From: Holosporaceae bacterium
GTDB taxonomy: Bacteria > Pseudomonadota > Alphaproteobacteria > UBA3830
Assembly: GCA_031288795.1 (NCBI GenBank)
Contig: JAITQS010000011.1
Location: forward strand, 327 to 64,326
Length of the DNA: 64,000 nucleotides
Direction of reading: 5' to 3'
Shown here: piece after piece, positions 48,243 through 57,519 of the stretch
Layout: the number at the start of each line of letters is the position of its first letter
How positions within the stretch are numbered: position 1 is the stretch's first letter
Position numbers and translations under genes: made by a program
Notes under the pieces: model-generated
Told to the model about the DNA's origin: nothing
Seen by the model: only the letters and a program-made list of their open reading frames with translations
The model's database searches: none

Positions 48243-50711
48243 TCAGGCTGCTTCGATGGAGTTGTCAATGCTTGGCTGCTTTTTTTCATAATGAGGAGAA
48301 CCATGTATGGGCAACGAACAGATGACATAGGTATTACCGTTTTTATCGGTGTTGACCACGAGAGTGCCCCCATGTAATTCCAAAAGAGAACGAACCAACG
48401 GCATGCTAACGGTATTATAATCCACGTATTTCAGGGTATTTTTTTTGTAGGATTTTTTTAGGATCTCCGGGTTATTATTTTTATTGGATCCCAGGGCTTC
48501 GTCCTTGATAATAATTTTCACATTATTGCCATCCAATATCATCTTAAGATCGACTTTTCCACTTATGGGAGTGAATTGAATGGCATTGATGAGCACATTA
48601 AATAACGCCTGCTTAATGCATTTTCTATCGCCGTTGAATTTTATTTTTGTATCATCGAAATGAGTGATGATTTCTATATTTTTTTCACGGGCACGCTTCT
48701 CGACGTTGGTGATGACTTCTTTTATGGCATCATATATGGAAAAAGTAGACTTGTCTAACTTAGTGGAGTCGATATCGATGGAAACCATTTCCAGCAGATT
48801 GTTAATAAGCTGATGCAGCTGATTGGAGGAGCCCAAGATATATTTACAATATTCCGTCTGTTTTTCGTTCAGCATACCGTAGTATTGGTTGAGCAGCAGT
48901 TCCGAGAAACCGATGAGGGCGTTTAGCGGTTCTTTCAGCTCCGTTGATATGCCATATATGAACTCATAGCGAAGCTTTTGGGCTGCTTTTAGGGCCTGAT
49001 TTTTTTCCATAATGGCTTTTTCCACCATGTAGCTATCGGTTATATCGGTATAGCTGAGCATGTGAGCGCCGTCCGGCAGAGGAATATAGGAGAACATAAC
49101 GACGGAATTATCTTTTTTCAGTAGTTTTCCACTTTTGGCGATTCTATCCGTTAAGCTACTGATGGTATTTTCCTGATAACTTTTCCAATCGTCTCCGTAG
49201 TCGAGGGAATCCCTCATGATATCCAGCATCTCGGACAAATGCACACCCTTGAGATCGGAGGTTTGTCGATTTTCCATATTCCATATGCGCAGAATGGCAT
49301 TATTAACGATTTTTAGGCGATTATTGCTGCCGTAAACTGCTATTCCTTCCTGCAGATGATCAATGGTTTCTTTTTGTACCGCCTGCAGAGTATTATTTTG
49401 GCGCTGCAGCGTCAGTGAGTCGGTGACATCTTCAAATATGAATAACAAGCCGCCCAGCGTGTAAGGAGCTATTATCGTTCGCAGAGTGTTTCCGTTGGGT
49501 AGATGCGTCAGCTCCTGCTGGGGATCCGCAATGGAACCAAATAAAGCCAACTGGGATTTTTTAAATGCCTGAAAATCAGCGTGCTCCGGCAATTGACGAT
49601 TGTTGCGGCGTTCGTCCAGTATTTCTCCGTAAGTTGGCTTGGATTGTAGCCAATTCGGCTCTAGTTTCATGAGCCTCTGGTACGCGCTGTTGAAAAATAC
49701 CAGTCGCGTATTTTCGCCGAATATGGCAATGGCGGTGGATAAATTTTCCAGAACTTCGTAGTTGGCGGTCACTACCCTATCCAAATTCGAAGTTAGATTC
49801 TCTTCCAATGTGATATCCGTAGCAAAGCCCAGCATATTGCCATTAGACAATGGAATTTCATGCACAGATAATTTTTTACGCACTCCGCCTATGGTGGCAA
49901 ATTGAGAAATTATCTGCGTTCGATTACATTTTTTGGCATTTTCCGCAAGGGAAGAATGTCCCTGGCCAAATAAATTTCCCGGAATCAACGGAATGTTATG
50001 GGACAAAATTCCATCAACGGAACTGCCAACGGCAGCGGCGCAGGCTTTGTTGCAATAGGTTATTTCGAGATCGTTGTTTCTCTTCCAGATGGGGATCGGG
50101 ACCATATCCAGCGTTTCGCGGAATTCTGCGGTGGACGCTTCGGCGGCATTTAGTCTGCCGTACAAATTATTCATCTTTTGTGATGACTCGCTTATGTCAC
50201 TGCACCACAAAACCAAGGTCTCTAGCCGATTGATTAGCATCTTGGAACCGGATATTTCGATTTTGCTCGGACCAAATAACGTTGATACAACTATTCTAAA
50301 CGAAGCGCCGGTCTTTTTCATCTGCCCGAATAAAAATGACAATTGATCTGCGTTGCTGTCGTCGATGGATCTGGTGATCTCGGAAATAAAAATTGATGAA
50401 TTGTGCTTAATACCAAAAAATGCTCGGAATTTTTGCGACGAGCCGATATATTCATTACTGTTATTCCAGGCAATCCACCCATTGCAGGAAGATGATAGAA
50501 CCGCCTGATAATGGCAAAGCGCCTCCCGAAATTTAACAACCTCGTATCTCGACCGATACACACAATGGAGAAGAATTATGGAAGCCAGTATAAAACAAGA
50601 AAGAGTGAGAATCGAAGAATTAGAGAAAATCAGAGAAATTCCCCCGAATATCACCAGAAAAGAACCAAATAACTCAGTCTTGTACCAGGTTTTCATAAAA
50701 TGTAACCACAA
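48243..50711 (-). CDS. PAS-domain histidine-kinase homologue with Thr at the phospho-acceptor position (DivL-like pseudokinase)
   Basis: 822 aa. Two N-terminal TM segments and several PAS-like segments. The DHp helix reads FIYGISTELKEPLNALIGFSELL, where a canonical kinase has S-H-E-L. The N box is present (LFNVLINAIQFTP). G1 is degenerate (DEALG). No G2 GxGxG box. Confidence 0.8.
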   Translation of the reverse strand: MWLHFMKTWYKTELFGSFLVIFGGISLIFSNSSILTLSCFILASIILLHCVYRSRYEVVKFREALCHYQAVLSSSCNGWIAWNNSNEYIGSSQKFRAFFGIKHNSSIFISEITRSIDDSNADQLSFLFGQMKKTGASFRIVVSTLFGPSKIEISGSKMLINRLETLVLWCSDISESSQKMNNLYGRLNAAEASTAEFRETLDMVPIPIWKRNNDLEITYCNKACAAAVGSSVDGILSHNIPLIPGNLFGQGHSSLAENAKKCNRTQIISQFATIGGVRKKLSVHEIPLSNGNMLGFATDITLEENLTSNLDRVVTANYEVLENLSTAIAIFGENTRLVFFNSAYQRLMKLEPNWLQSKPTYGEILDERRNNRQLPEHADFQAFKKSQLALFGSIADPQQELTHLPNGNTLRTIIAPYTLGGLLFIFEDVTDSLTLQRQNNTLQAVQKETIDHLQEGIAVYGSNNRLKIVNNAILRIWNMENRQTSDLKGVHLSEMLDIMRDSLDYGDDWKSYQENTISSLTDRIAKSGKLLKKDNSVVMFSYIPLPDGAHMLSYTDITDSYMVEKAIMEKNQALKAAQKLRYEFIYGISTELKEPLNALIGFSELLLNQYYGMLNEKQTEYCKYILGSSNQLHQLINNLLEMVSIDIDSTKLDKSTFSIYDAIKEVITNVEKRAREKNIEIITHFDDTKIKFNGDRKCIKQALFNVLINAIQFTPISGKVDLKMILDGNNVKIIIKDEALGSNKNNNPEILKKSYKKNTLKYVDYNTVSMPLVRSLLELHGGTLVVNTDKNGNTYVICSLPIHGSPHYEKKQPSIDNSIEAA

Positions 50712-51056
50712 AATAAAATCCCAAACATCCCGTAGGATTTCGGGAACATCCCCCCCTTTGCATCGATATCCATCTCATTATCACGAGAATATATATGAAA
50801 TACAAGTCCTACATAATTATATTTAATAAAAAACACATAATAATTTATGAAAAATCAATCGCTTTGTTCTATACCATGTCCAATTTGGTGACACAAACCG
50901 TCCGAAATATTTTTTGTAAAATAGTAAACGTAAAAACAAATAACTTCAAATTAATTTTTTATTTAGAATCAAAAAAAAAGAATAGAATACTTGACTAAAT
51001 ATTTTTTACGATATATCTTTTTATTCGAATAAAAGTTTTTAGAAAAAGGGAAAAAA

Positions 51057-51515
51057 ATGAAAAAAATTCTGCTACTATTAATTGCATTACCTTTCGGATT
51101 TATGTCTTCGGGGTATTGTGTACTGCCGGCAGCAATAATGCAACGGCAAGCGGTTACCAATGAATTACTAAACGCCATAGGAGGAAACGCAGAGGACTTG
51201 GTCAAGATTGATAAAGGAATTGTTACTTTAGATTATAATAACAATTTTTTAAAACCTTTCAATGAAATTATTGATATAATAGGCCGTATGGAATGGGTTT
51301 GGGCTCTTAGCATTAGGAATAATAATGACTTGCAAATACTGCCTAATCTTCCGCAAAATCTGGAGAATTTGCGCCTAGGGAATTGCCAAAATCTAACGAC
51401 GCTGCCGAATGAGTTTCCACCAAAACTGAAGAGGTTGTTCTTGGAAAACTGCCCAAATCTGGGTGAGAATGAGCTTGATAATATTCCGCCTAGCTGCTGC
51501 TATATTGTAAAATGA
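51057..51515 (+). CDS. secreted leucine-rich-repeat protein
   Basis: Signal peptide MKKILLLLIALPFGFMSSGYC. LRR units: LQILPNLPQNLENLRLGNCQNLTTLPNEFPPKLKRLFLENCPNL. Confidence 0.7.
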   Translation: MKKILLLLIALPFGFMSSGYCVLPAAIMQRQAVTNELLNAIGGNAEDLVKIDKGIVTLDYNNNFLKPFNEIIDIIGRMEWVWALSIRNNNDLQILPNLPQNLENLRLGNCQNLTTLPNEFPPKLKRLFLENCPNLGENELDNIPPSCCYIVK

Positions 51516-51556
51516 GCTTGATAATATTCCGCCTAGTTGCTGCTATATTATAAATT
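51471..51556 (+). repeat. 43-bp tandem duplication spanning the 3' end of the LRR gene
   Basis: The first copy is GAGCTTGATAATATTCCGCCTAGCTGCTGCTATATTGTAAAAT. The second copy is GAGCTTGATAATATTCCGCCTAGTTGCTGCTATATTATAAATT. The TGA stop is formed at the junction. Confidence 0.9.
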
Positions 51557-51604
51557 GATAATTGCAAAAATCTAATGAAGCTGTCTGAGGAGCTTCCACA
51601 GACG

Positions 51605-51747
51605 GCCGTCATTCTTGCGAACGTAGTGAAGCGAGAGGATCCAGGAAATTTCGCCGCCTCAAACGAAGAGACTGGATCCTCGTAGTGCTGTACTTGCAAG
51701 GATACGGAAAAGCAGGAGAAAAATGAGACTGTTGCATAACTGGTCTC
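51605..51747. repeat. diverged palindromic element copy M (subfamily)
   Basis: Arms CGTAGTGAAGCGAGAGGATCC / GGATCCTCGTAGTGC flank a core of about 30 bp. It ends with GAGACTGTTGCATAACTGGTCTC and abuts the comF stop. Confidence 0.45.
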
Positions 51748-51753
51748 ACGGCT

Positions 51754-52494
51754 TCAGTGCTTCCAGTAGAGGACGACTTTGGCAAGAGTTACTACGGTCA
51801 CCACTTCTGCGCCATGTTTTTTAAGCACCCGTGCGCATTCATTGACGGTGGCGCCGGTGGTGTAGACATCGTCCACAAGCACAATTTTTTTATGGGAAAG
51901 CAGATGAACATAGTCCTTGGCAACATCAAAGGAGCCAATTACATTTAGTAGACGTCTTTTCCGAGTCAATCCTTCCTGCTGTGGAGTCCGTTTTGATTTT
52001 TGCAGAATCCGAGGCTCGTAGGACACACCTCCCAGCAGTGCAATTTCCCTCGCTAACAACTCCGACTGATTGTATTTTCTTTTTAGAAGCTTTCGAAAAT
52101 GTATGGGAACAGGAATAATGAGATCCGCCTCCTTGATGTATTTTTCCACTACCCTATACATCCAGCAGGCAAATTGTGGACATAAATATGTTGAATCCAT
52201 GTGCTTAAAGCGCAAAATCATGCCTTTCGAGCAATCATCGTAATGAAAAACAGAAACCGCTCTGTCAAAAAAAGGTCTTTTTAGGGCACAGATGCCGCAA
52301 ATTTCCGCGATATCCAATTCAAACGGATTACTACAAATACTGCATTTGGGATCAGATATCCACATAATTTTGTTCCAGCACTGCGCGCATAATCCCACCG
52401 ATTCCACAAATCCATGACAACACTCACATTTGAGGGGAAAAAATATATCTTTTATGGTGTCCAGCAGATTCTTTATTTTATTCGAAATATTCAT
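51754..52494 (-). CDS. comF: ComF-family protein (zinc ribbon plus phosphoribosyltransferase domain)
   Basis: Two CxxC pairs (CECC...CAQCW, CSICS...CGIC). PRTase motif VLVDDVYTTGATV. Confidence 0.8.
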   Translation of the reverse strand: MNISNKIKNLLDTIKDIFFPLKCECCHGFVESVGLCAQCWNKIMWISDPKCSICSNPFELDIAEICGICALKRPFFDRAVSVFHYDDCSKGMILRFKHMDSTYLCPQFACWMYRVVEKYIKEADLIIPVPIHFRKLLKRKYNQSELLAREIALLGGVSYEPRILQKSKRTPQQEGLTRKRRLLNVIGSFDVAKDYVHLLSHKKIVLVDDVYTTGATVNECARVLKKHGAEVVTVVTLAKVVLYWKH

Positions 52495-52550
52495 ATATTT
52501 TTAAGTCCCGAAATTTTAATATATCCATAAGGATATTCTATAGGCTGATT

Positions 52551-54371
52551 ATGAATTTTTCGATAAATCTATTTGGTACAGAAGTTCCAAAATTGCATTT
52601 TGTGGGCTCGATCGAATCTGCATGTGTAATTGCTTCTGCGATGACAATGGTAATTATTATTTCTTTTTTTCTTTCCAGGAAATTTATAAACATAGAATTT
52701 GATAAGCTAAAGGACGTTATTGATTGTAAATTTGATCAATTTATCATTTTAGCATCTGGAGTTGTGTTATCGGCGCTGATTGTGGTCATTGGCGTATCGG
52801 CCCTTGGATTAATGATGCGCTCCTTTATTCAAGACGCCGATAAAGTATGCGATTCCTATCTGCGATTAATGCTTATATTTTCCAGTCTGATGATAACCAG
52901 CTATACGGTGGCTGCTCCCAATCACACAAATCTCGGATTAATAATACTTACTCCGGAAGAATCTCAGAAGCTTTACAAAACTTTCATGCGAATATTATCT
53001 CTGTCGTTTGCGATAACGGTGGCAATTTATCCGTTTATAGCGATTATCACCAATAGAAAAAATATATTGCTCTGGGAACATATACTAATGGGAATAATGA
53101 TAGTATTTTATTTTTTCCAGATGGTCGTATCCAATCATCTTCTCAAAAACATTTTTGATGTTAAAAAGACCAATATGCCGAGCATGTCGTCGAAAATAAC
53201 GAACTTCATAAACGAGAAATTCACGTATCTTGCGCTGGTGGGCATGATTGCGGTGGTCATGATTAATAACAGTAGTCTTTCGCCGTCTTCCACGAAGTTT
53301 TTTGTCAATGTAAACGACGTTTTTTCACTTTTATTTGAAATGTTTGCTTTTCAGATACTCATCGTATGCATTATAAATAAGTTTTTTTCGAAATTGGAGG
53401 AGCTGGAGGAAGCAGACAAGCAATCGAAAGTGGCACTCAAAAGAATGGAAAATCTCATTTGGATCTGTGATATCATTGTACTGGCCTTGTATTTTGTTGT
53501 GCTGTGCTTTGTGATGAAATTTGCTGGAATTGACGTAGGCAAGTACGTATTTCATGACAAAATAGTCACATTGGCATGGATCATATTCATAACAACCATT
53601 TTTTACAAGGGGTTTCACGAGTTTGAAGAAGCTCTTTTGGAAAAGGCAAAGAATGAAGATGTTGCTTATTATACAAAATTACAAACTTTTCTTCCAACTG
53701 TATCTATTTCGTTTCATACGCTATTATTTTTGGTAGCGATGCTTATTGGACTGGCGAATTTTAGCATAAATGTTACACCGATTCTTGCTGCTTTTTCTGT
53801 ATTCAGTGCCGCGGTAGGCTTGGCTGCCAAGGATGTCATTCAAGCATTTTTGCAAGGGGTCACGCTTTTGATGGAGAGGAATCTCTACGTAGGAGAAAAA
53901 GTAAAAATAAATGATGTTGTTGGGGTTATAGAAAAATTATCCGTAAGAATTATTCATTTGCGATTGGATGACGGTAGTTTACATTCCATACCGTACAATC
54001 ATGTGAATTCCATAACCAATTACTCCAACGGCTACATTCGTCATTTTGATGATCTTCGGATTTTACGTATGGAAGATGTGTCTAAAGCGTTTGAGATTCT
54101 CCGGGAGGTTGTTGCCGACATGCGCCAGAGTCCCACATATGCAGGAAAAATAGTGGCTGACGTAACGATATACGGCATAAAACCATTTGATCTCAGCGGC
54201 ATAAGAATTTCTTGGATGATTCTTACAACGCCGGAGGTAAATGATTCCGCTATGAAATGTGATCTATACAACAGGCTTATGCTTGAGTTCACAAAGCAAA
54301 ATCTTGAAATACCGATGGCCAGCAACGTAACGAATTTCATATCCGTTAATGGTTCCACCGGAGTGAATTAA
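52551..54371 (+). CDS. mechanosensitive ion channel (MscS-family) protein
   Basis: 606 aa. A long multi-TM N-terminus is followed by the MscS core (AAKDVIQAFLQGVTLLMERNLYVGEKVKINDVVGVIEKLSVRIIHLRLDDGSLHSIPYN). Confidence 0.8.
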   Translation: MNFSINLFGTEVPKLHFVGSIESACVIASAMTMVIIISFFLSRKFINIEFDKLKDVIDCKFDQFIILASGVVLSALIVVIGVSALGLMMRSFIQDADKVCDSYLRLMLIFSSLMITSYTVAAPNHTNLGLIILTPEESQKLYKTFMRILSLSFAITVAIYPFIAIITNRKNILLWEHILMGIMIVFYFFQMVVSNHLLKNIFDVKKTNMPSMSSKITNFINEKFTYLALVGMIAVVMINNSSLSPSSTKFFVNVNDVFSLLFEMFAFQILIVCIINKFFSKLEELEEADKQSKVALKRMENLIWICDIIVLALYFVVLCFVMKFAGIDVGKYVFHDKIVTLAWIIFITTIFYKGFHEFEEALLEKAKNEDVAYYTKLQTFLPTVSISFHTLLFLVAMLIGLANFSINVTPILAAFSVFSAAVGLAAKDVIQAFLQGVTLLMERNLYVGEKVKINDVVGVIEKLSVRIIHLRLDDGSLHSIPYNHVNSITNYSNGYIRHFDDLRILRMEDVSKAFEILREVVADMRQSPTYAGKIVADVTIYGIKPFDLSGIRISWMILTTPEVNDSAMKCDLYNRLMLEFTKQNLEIPMASNVTNFISVNGSTGVN

Positions 54372-54392
54372 AATTTTTTTGTAGGGATAGAT

Positions 54393-54491
54393 ACTATTGC
54401 GTAATGAGATATTTTTTGCAGGAGCGAAGCAGGATGGTCCAGGCAGCGGATCTAGCAAAGTCAATTGCAGAAAAAATTGGGGCAGCGGTCT
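54393..54491 (+). repeat. palindromic element, short variant copy J
   Basis: ACTATTGCGTAATGAGATATTTTTTGCAGGAGCGAAGC...AGAAAAAATTGGGGCAGCGGTCT. It lies 22 nt after the channel-gene stop. Confidence 0.55.
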
Positions 54492-54501
54492 TGTGAAATC
54501 G

Positions 54502-54933
54502 ATGGCGAGAGGGAAAGTCTATTATGCCTCCGCGATGCGTATGCTGCTTTTGGCATTGTTACTGGCATCCTGCTCCGGTGAAGACAATTGTTGTCCCAGC
54601 GCCACGGACATCGCAACGGGTCACAAAGAAAAACTAAGAGCTCATTTTCGGGGAAATGGCAGAACTACTGACATATCTACACTTATAGCCGAAACTCGTC
54701 GAATTTCCGCCCGGTTAAAAAGAGAAAATAGATATGCCGAAGCCAGAAAATTCGATTCCTATACGGATGTTCTCATGTTCGGCAATAATACTTTGGAGGA
54801 ATCCCTGAACGACGTTATGGAATTGATAGGGTACGAAAATACTACAAGTGCAGTCGGGAACACAGCAGTTGAAAGCGGCAAAAAGCATTGTCCGTCGCTG
54901 CTGGAATCGCTCTACGAGTTGCTCCAGATTTAG
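54502..54933 (+). CDS. putative lipoprotein
   Basis: The ATG at 54502 gives MARGKVYYASAMRMLLLALLLASCSG, with a lipobox-like LLASC. The track ORF start at 54397 lies inside repeat copy J. Confidence 0.45.
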   Translation: MARGKVYYASAMRMLLLALLLASCSGEDNCCPSATDIATGHKEKLRAHFRGNGRTTDISTLIAETRRISARLKRENRYAEARKFDSYTDVLMFGNNTLEESLNDVMELIGYENTTSAVGNTAVESGKKHCPSLLESLYELLQI

Positions 54934-54940
54934 GAAGAGG

Positions 54941-56227
54941 CTATTTGGGCGCAGCATCTTCCATCTGAATAGTCTCTTTCATGAAAATCGACAGCACCAG
55001 GGCCACCAGAAGGCAGATTGGCAAAGTGGCGATTGCCTTCTGATAGCAGGAAATCTCGTAAAGTCGTATTCCCTGTAGAGATAATTTTCCCGTCCAAAAA
55101 ATATCCAGCAGCAGTCCCAGCAGGGGCTGAAAGATTGATCCGGCCAGCATGACCAATCCGTTGGCGAACGCAATGGCGGTACCGGAATTTTTGGGAGACT
55201 CACAATTTTTAGCGCAGGTGAAAATCATTACTTCGGCGGCCGTCAAGAGTCCCATTAGAAACACAATGGCAAAGGATAAAACCATGTTTTGGATATATAT
55301 TAATGGAATAAACAGCAGTGCCGTTGCCACTATCGAGAATTTTATGGTTTTTATGTAGCCATTTACTTTTTTGGCGATGATGGCAATGGGAATGCTGCCA
55401 ATGGCGAATCCTATGAAGAGAATCGACGATGCAAAAGATGCGATTTCGTTAGTCACGTTATATTTAGTCATGAAGAATGGAATGGCCCACAATTCTGAAA
55501 ACACCGAAACCGGCAGATACATGAATCCTCCCACCATTCCGGCCAGTATGATTTGTTTATTTTTTGTGACTTTTTTTAATATTGAGCCAAAAGATTTTTG
55601 GATATTTTTATCGTGGGGAATTTTTATCACTTTAGGAATGAACAAGAAGGTCATCGCTGCTATTACGACTCCCAGGGTTGCCAAAAAGAATATGGTTGTT
55701 CGCCAGCCGAATACGTTTACAGCTCTTGCCACGGGAAATCCTCCGCACAATGCTCCGAGGGTTCCCATCATATTGGTTATGCCGGAAAGCAGCGCGAACT
55801 GTCGAACAGGAAACACCAGTGATGCAATTTGGAGGCTTGATATGAACGCGCAAGCTGCTCCGGCTCCGACCAAGCAGCGGCCGCACTGGGCGATGTACAC
55901 CTGTTTTGTCAACGCGAACAAGACCGATCCTCCAATGGATAAAATAACGGAGGCTCCGATGAGATTTCTGGGACCGAGTTTATCCAGAATCAATCCGCAA
56001 GGCAGCTGCAGAGCGGTATAGGAATAATAGAAGCAGGAGATCATGACTCCCAACATGCCGGTCGTGATGTCGTAGTGGGACATAAGATCGTTTGTCATAA
56101 CTCCGGGAGAAACCCGCAGAATTACCTCATACAGATAAAATACGTTGGCAATTCCCCAGATAATCCATGGTTTATAATTATTTTTTGCTCTATTACTGGT
56201 TATAGCATGATCATTCATAATTTTCAT
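54941..56227 (-). CDS. MFS transporter
   Basis: 12-TM protein. The start is set at ATG 56227 (MKIMNDH...). The TTG at 56254 used by the track lies inside repeat copy I. Confidence 0.8.
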   Translation of the reverse strand: MKIMNDHAITSNRAKNNYKPWIIWGIANVFYLYEVILRVSPGVMTNDLMSHYDITTGMLGVMISCFYYSYTALQLPCGLILDKLGPRNLIGASVILSIGGSVLFALTKQVYIAQCGRCLVGAGAACAFISSLQIASLVFPVRQFALLSGITNMMGTLGALCGGFPVARAVNVFGWRTTIFFLATLGVVIAAMTFLFIPKVIKIPHDKNIQKSFGSILKKVTKNKQIILAGMVGGFMYLPVSVFSELWAIPFFMTKYNVTNEIASFASSILFIGFAIGSIPIAIIAKKVNGYIKTIKFSIVATALLFIPLIYIQNMVLSFAIVFLMGLLTAAEVMIFTCAKNCESPKNSGTAIAFANGLVMLAGSIFQPLLGLLLDIFWTGKLSLQGIRLYEISCYQKAIATLPICLLVALVLSIFMKETIQMEDAAPK

Positions 56228-56239
56228 CCAAGAATCAAG

Positions 56240-56376
56240 GAGGCCGTTGCCCAATGGATTTTTTTTGCAATTGATTCGTTGAATACGCTGTTGGGATTCT
56301 CATATACAGCAAGTACACTTCGATCCTGCACTCCATTTCGCGTCGTTCCTGCAGAAATACATTAGGCGACGGTCTC
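56240..56376 (-). repeat. palindromic element, diverged full-length copy I
   Basis: GAGGCCGTTGCCCAATGGATTTTTT...AAATACATTAGGCGACGGTCTC. It lies between the MFS start and tRNA-Leu. Confidence 0.6.
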
Positions 56377-56399
56377 TTCGAACAAACTATAGTACAAAC

Positions 56400-56485
56400 T
56401 GGTGCCCGTGAAGGGACTCGAACCCCTACGTTCAATTGAACAACAGATTTTAAGTCTGTAGCGTCTACCATTCCGCCACACGGGC
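56400..56485 (-). tRNA. tRNA-Leu (anticodon TAA), CCA encoded
   Basis: The reverse complement is GCCCGTGTGGCGGAATGGTAGACGCTACAGACTTAAAATCTGTTGTTCAATTGAACGTAGGGGTTCGAGTCCCTTCACGGGCACCA. It has a long variable arm and the anticodon loop CTTAAAA. Confidence 0.9.
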
Positions 56486-56518
56486 TTTATTCGGGAGCAT
56501 TTTATCATCAAATTAAAT

Positions 56519-56905
56519 TCAAATCAATACGGTTACTTGTCCCGGTGATACAGGTTTTATTACTCCGCCGTAGGCGCAGATAAGCATGGTATCACTATTC
56601 AATATGGGACCAAGCTTTGACATTACCGTAGGTTTCATGGGAAGCCATACGCCGGCCGGAGTTGGAATACATGGTCCCGGCGTCAAAATACCGAACGCTG
56701 CCGCCGTCAGGGCCGCCGTTGTTGGATTCGCCATGCTCATACAGACTCCAAATGGCACTATATTGAGAAAAGGAGCGCAATCCGGAACGCTTCCGATGGG
56801 GCCGGTCTTGCCCATTACCATGCTGGCCGGCAGAACTGTCAGCGGAGTCGGAGCAACTCCCATCGGACATGTAAGCAACGCCGTAGCGGATACCCCCAAC
56901 CCCAT
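56519..56905 (-). CDS. DUF4280 (PAAR-like) domain protein
   Basis: 128 aa. Motifs: LTCPMGVAPTPL, PDCAPFLNIVPFGVCMSMANP, PGPCIPTPAGVWLP, MLICAYGGVIKPVSPGQ. These match the DUF4280 pattern. AGGGAGG Shine-Dalgarno sequence. Confidence 0.8.
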   Translation of the reverse strand: MGLGVSATALLTCPMGVAPTPLTVLPASMVMGKTGPIGSVPDCAPFLNIVPFGVCMSMANPTTAALTAAAFGILTPGPCIPTPAGVWLPMKPTVMSKLGPILNSDTMLICAYGGVIKPVSPGQVTVLI

Positions 56906-57478
56906 TTACATAGCCTCCCTTGATATAAGATTACCATCCATGTCGTATTTTTCCCTAAATCCACACGGATTCCCATTCTGAAAACTAAACGTCTCCATGA
57001 TATTCCCGTTGGGAAAATATCTAATGGCATCGCCGTCCTGGAGATTATTTTTATAGGAAGACTCTTCCATCAGCGTGCCATCGGGATAGTAGAGCAGACA
57101 CGGCCCTTCCTGCTGGCCAGCCACATATTTGGCAACGCGAACCACATTCTCCGCCGCATCAAACGACGTAAAGTCCCCATCAAAAAGACCCAACTTGAAA
57201 TAGGCAACGCCAACCTTAATCCCATTGGAAAAAAATATCGCCTCTCCTTCCTGAAGACCATTTTTAAAAAAAGTGTTCATGAGTGGCTTGCCGGCAAAAA
57301 AAAATTCTGCTGCACCGGCTAATACTCCATTTTCGTACATTAGCCTGTGGGTCAGCTGCCCAACTCCGTCGTAGATGAGCGTTTCCCCATCCGGAACGCC
57401 ATTTTTCAGGGTTATACTTTGGATGAGAACCCCCTTCTCGTCGCGGACTTCATGAATAATAGGAGCGTCATCTTCCAC
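56906..57478 (-). CDS. MORN-repeat variant (YwqK-like) protein
   Basis: 190 aa made of iterated NG..(D/E)G....Y...G units (KNGVPDGETLIYDGVG, YENGVLAGAAEFF, FKNGLQEGEAIFFSNG, YKNNLQDGDAIRYFPNG, FQNGNPCGFREKYDMDG). Its TAA directly abuts the ATG of the DUF4280 gene. Confidence 0.75.
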   Translation of the reverse strand: MEDDAPIIHEVRDEKGVLIQSITLKNGVPDGETLIYDGVGQLTHRLMYENGVLAGAAEFFFAGKPLMNTFFKNGLQEGEAIFFSNGIKVGVAYFKLGLFDGDFTSFDAAENVVRVAKYVAGQQEGPCLLYYPDGTLMEESSYKNNLQDGDAIRYFPNGNIMETFSFQNGNPCGFREKYDMDGNLISREAM

Positions 57479-57519
57479 TATAAATTGTCTCCGCTAAAAT
57501 CCCAAAACACACTAAAAAA

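Noticed and set aside
51490-51515. The C-terminal CCYIVK / CCYIIN of the LRR protein as a eukaryotic CaaX prenylation motif.
   Set aside because: The Cys is five residues from the C-terminus rather than four, so it does not fit CaaX.
55371-56021. 216-aa plus-strand ORF rich in Met/Ala/Pro.
   Set aside because: It is antisense to the 12-TM MFS transporter gene and has shadow-ORF composition.
56586-56981. 131-aa plus-strand ORF, and a 91-aa alternative-frame minus ORF, overlapping the DUF4280 gene.
   Set aside because: The DUF4280 frame carries the conserved Cys pattern and a strong Shine-Dalgarno sequence. The overlapping frames have no signals.
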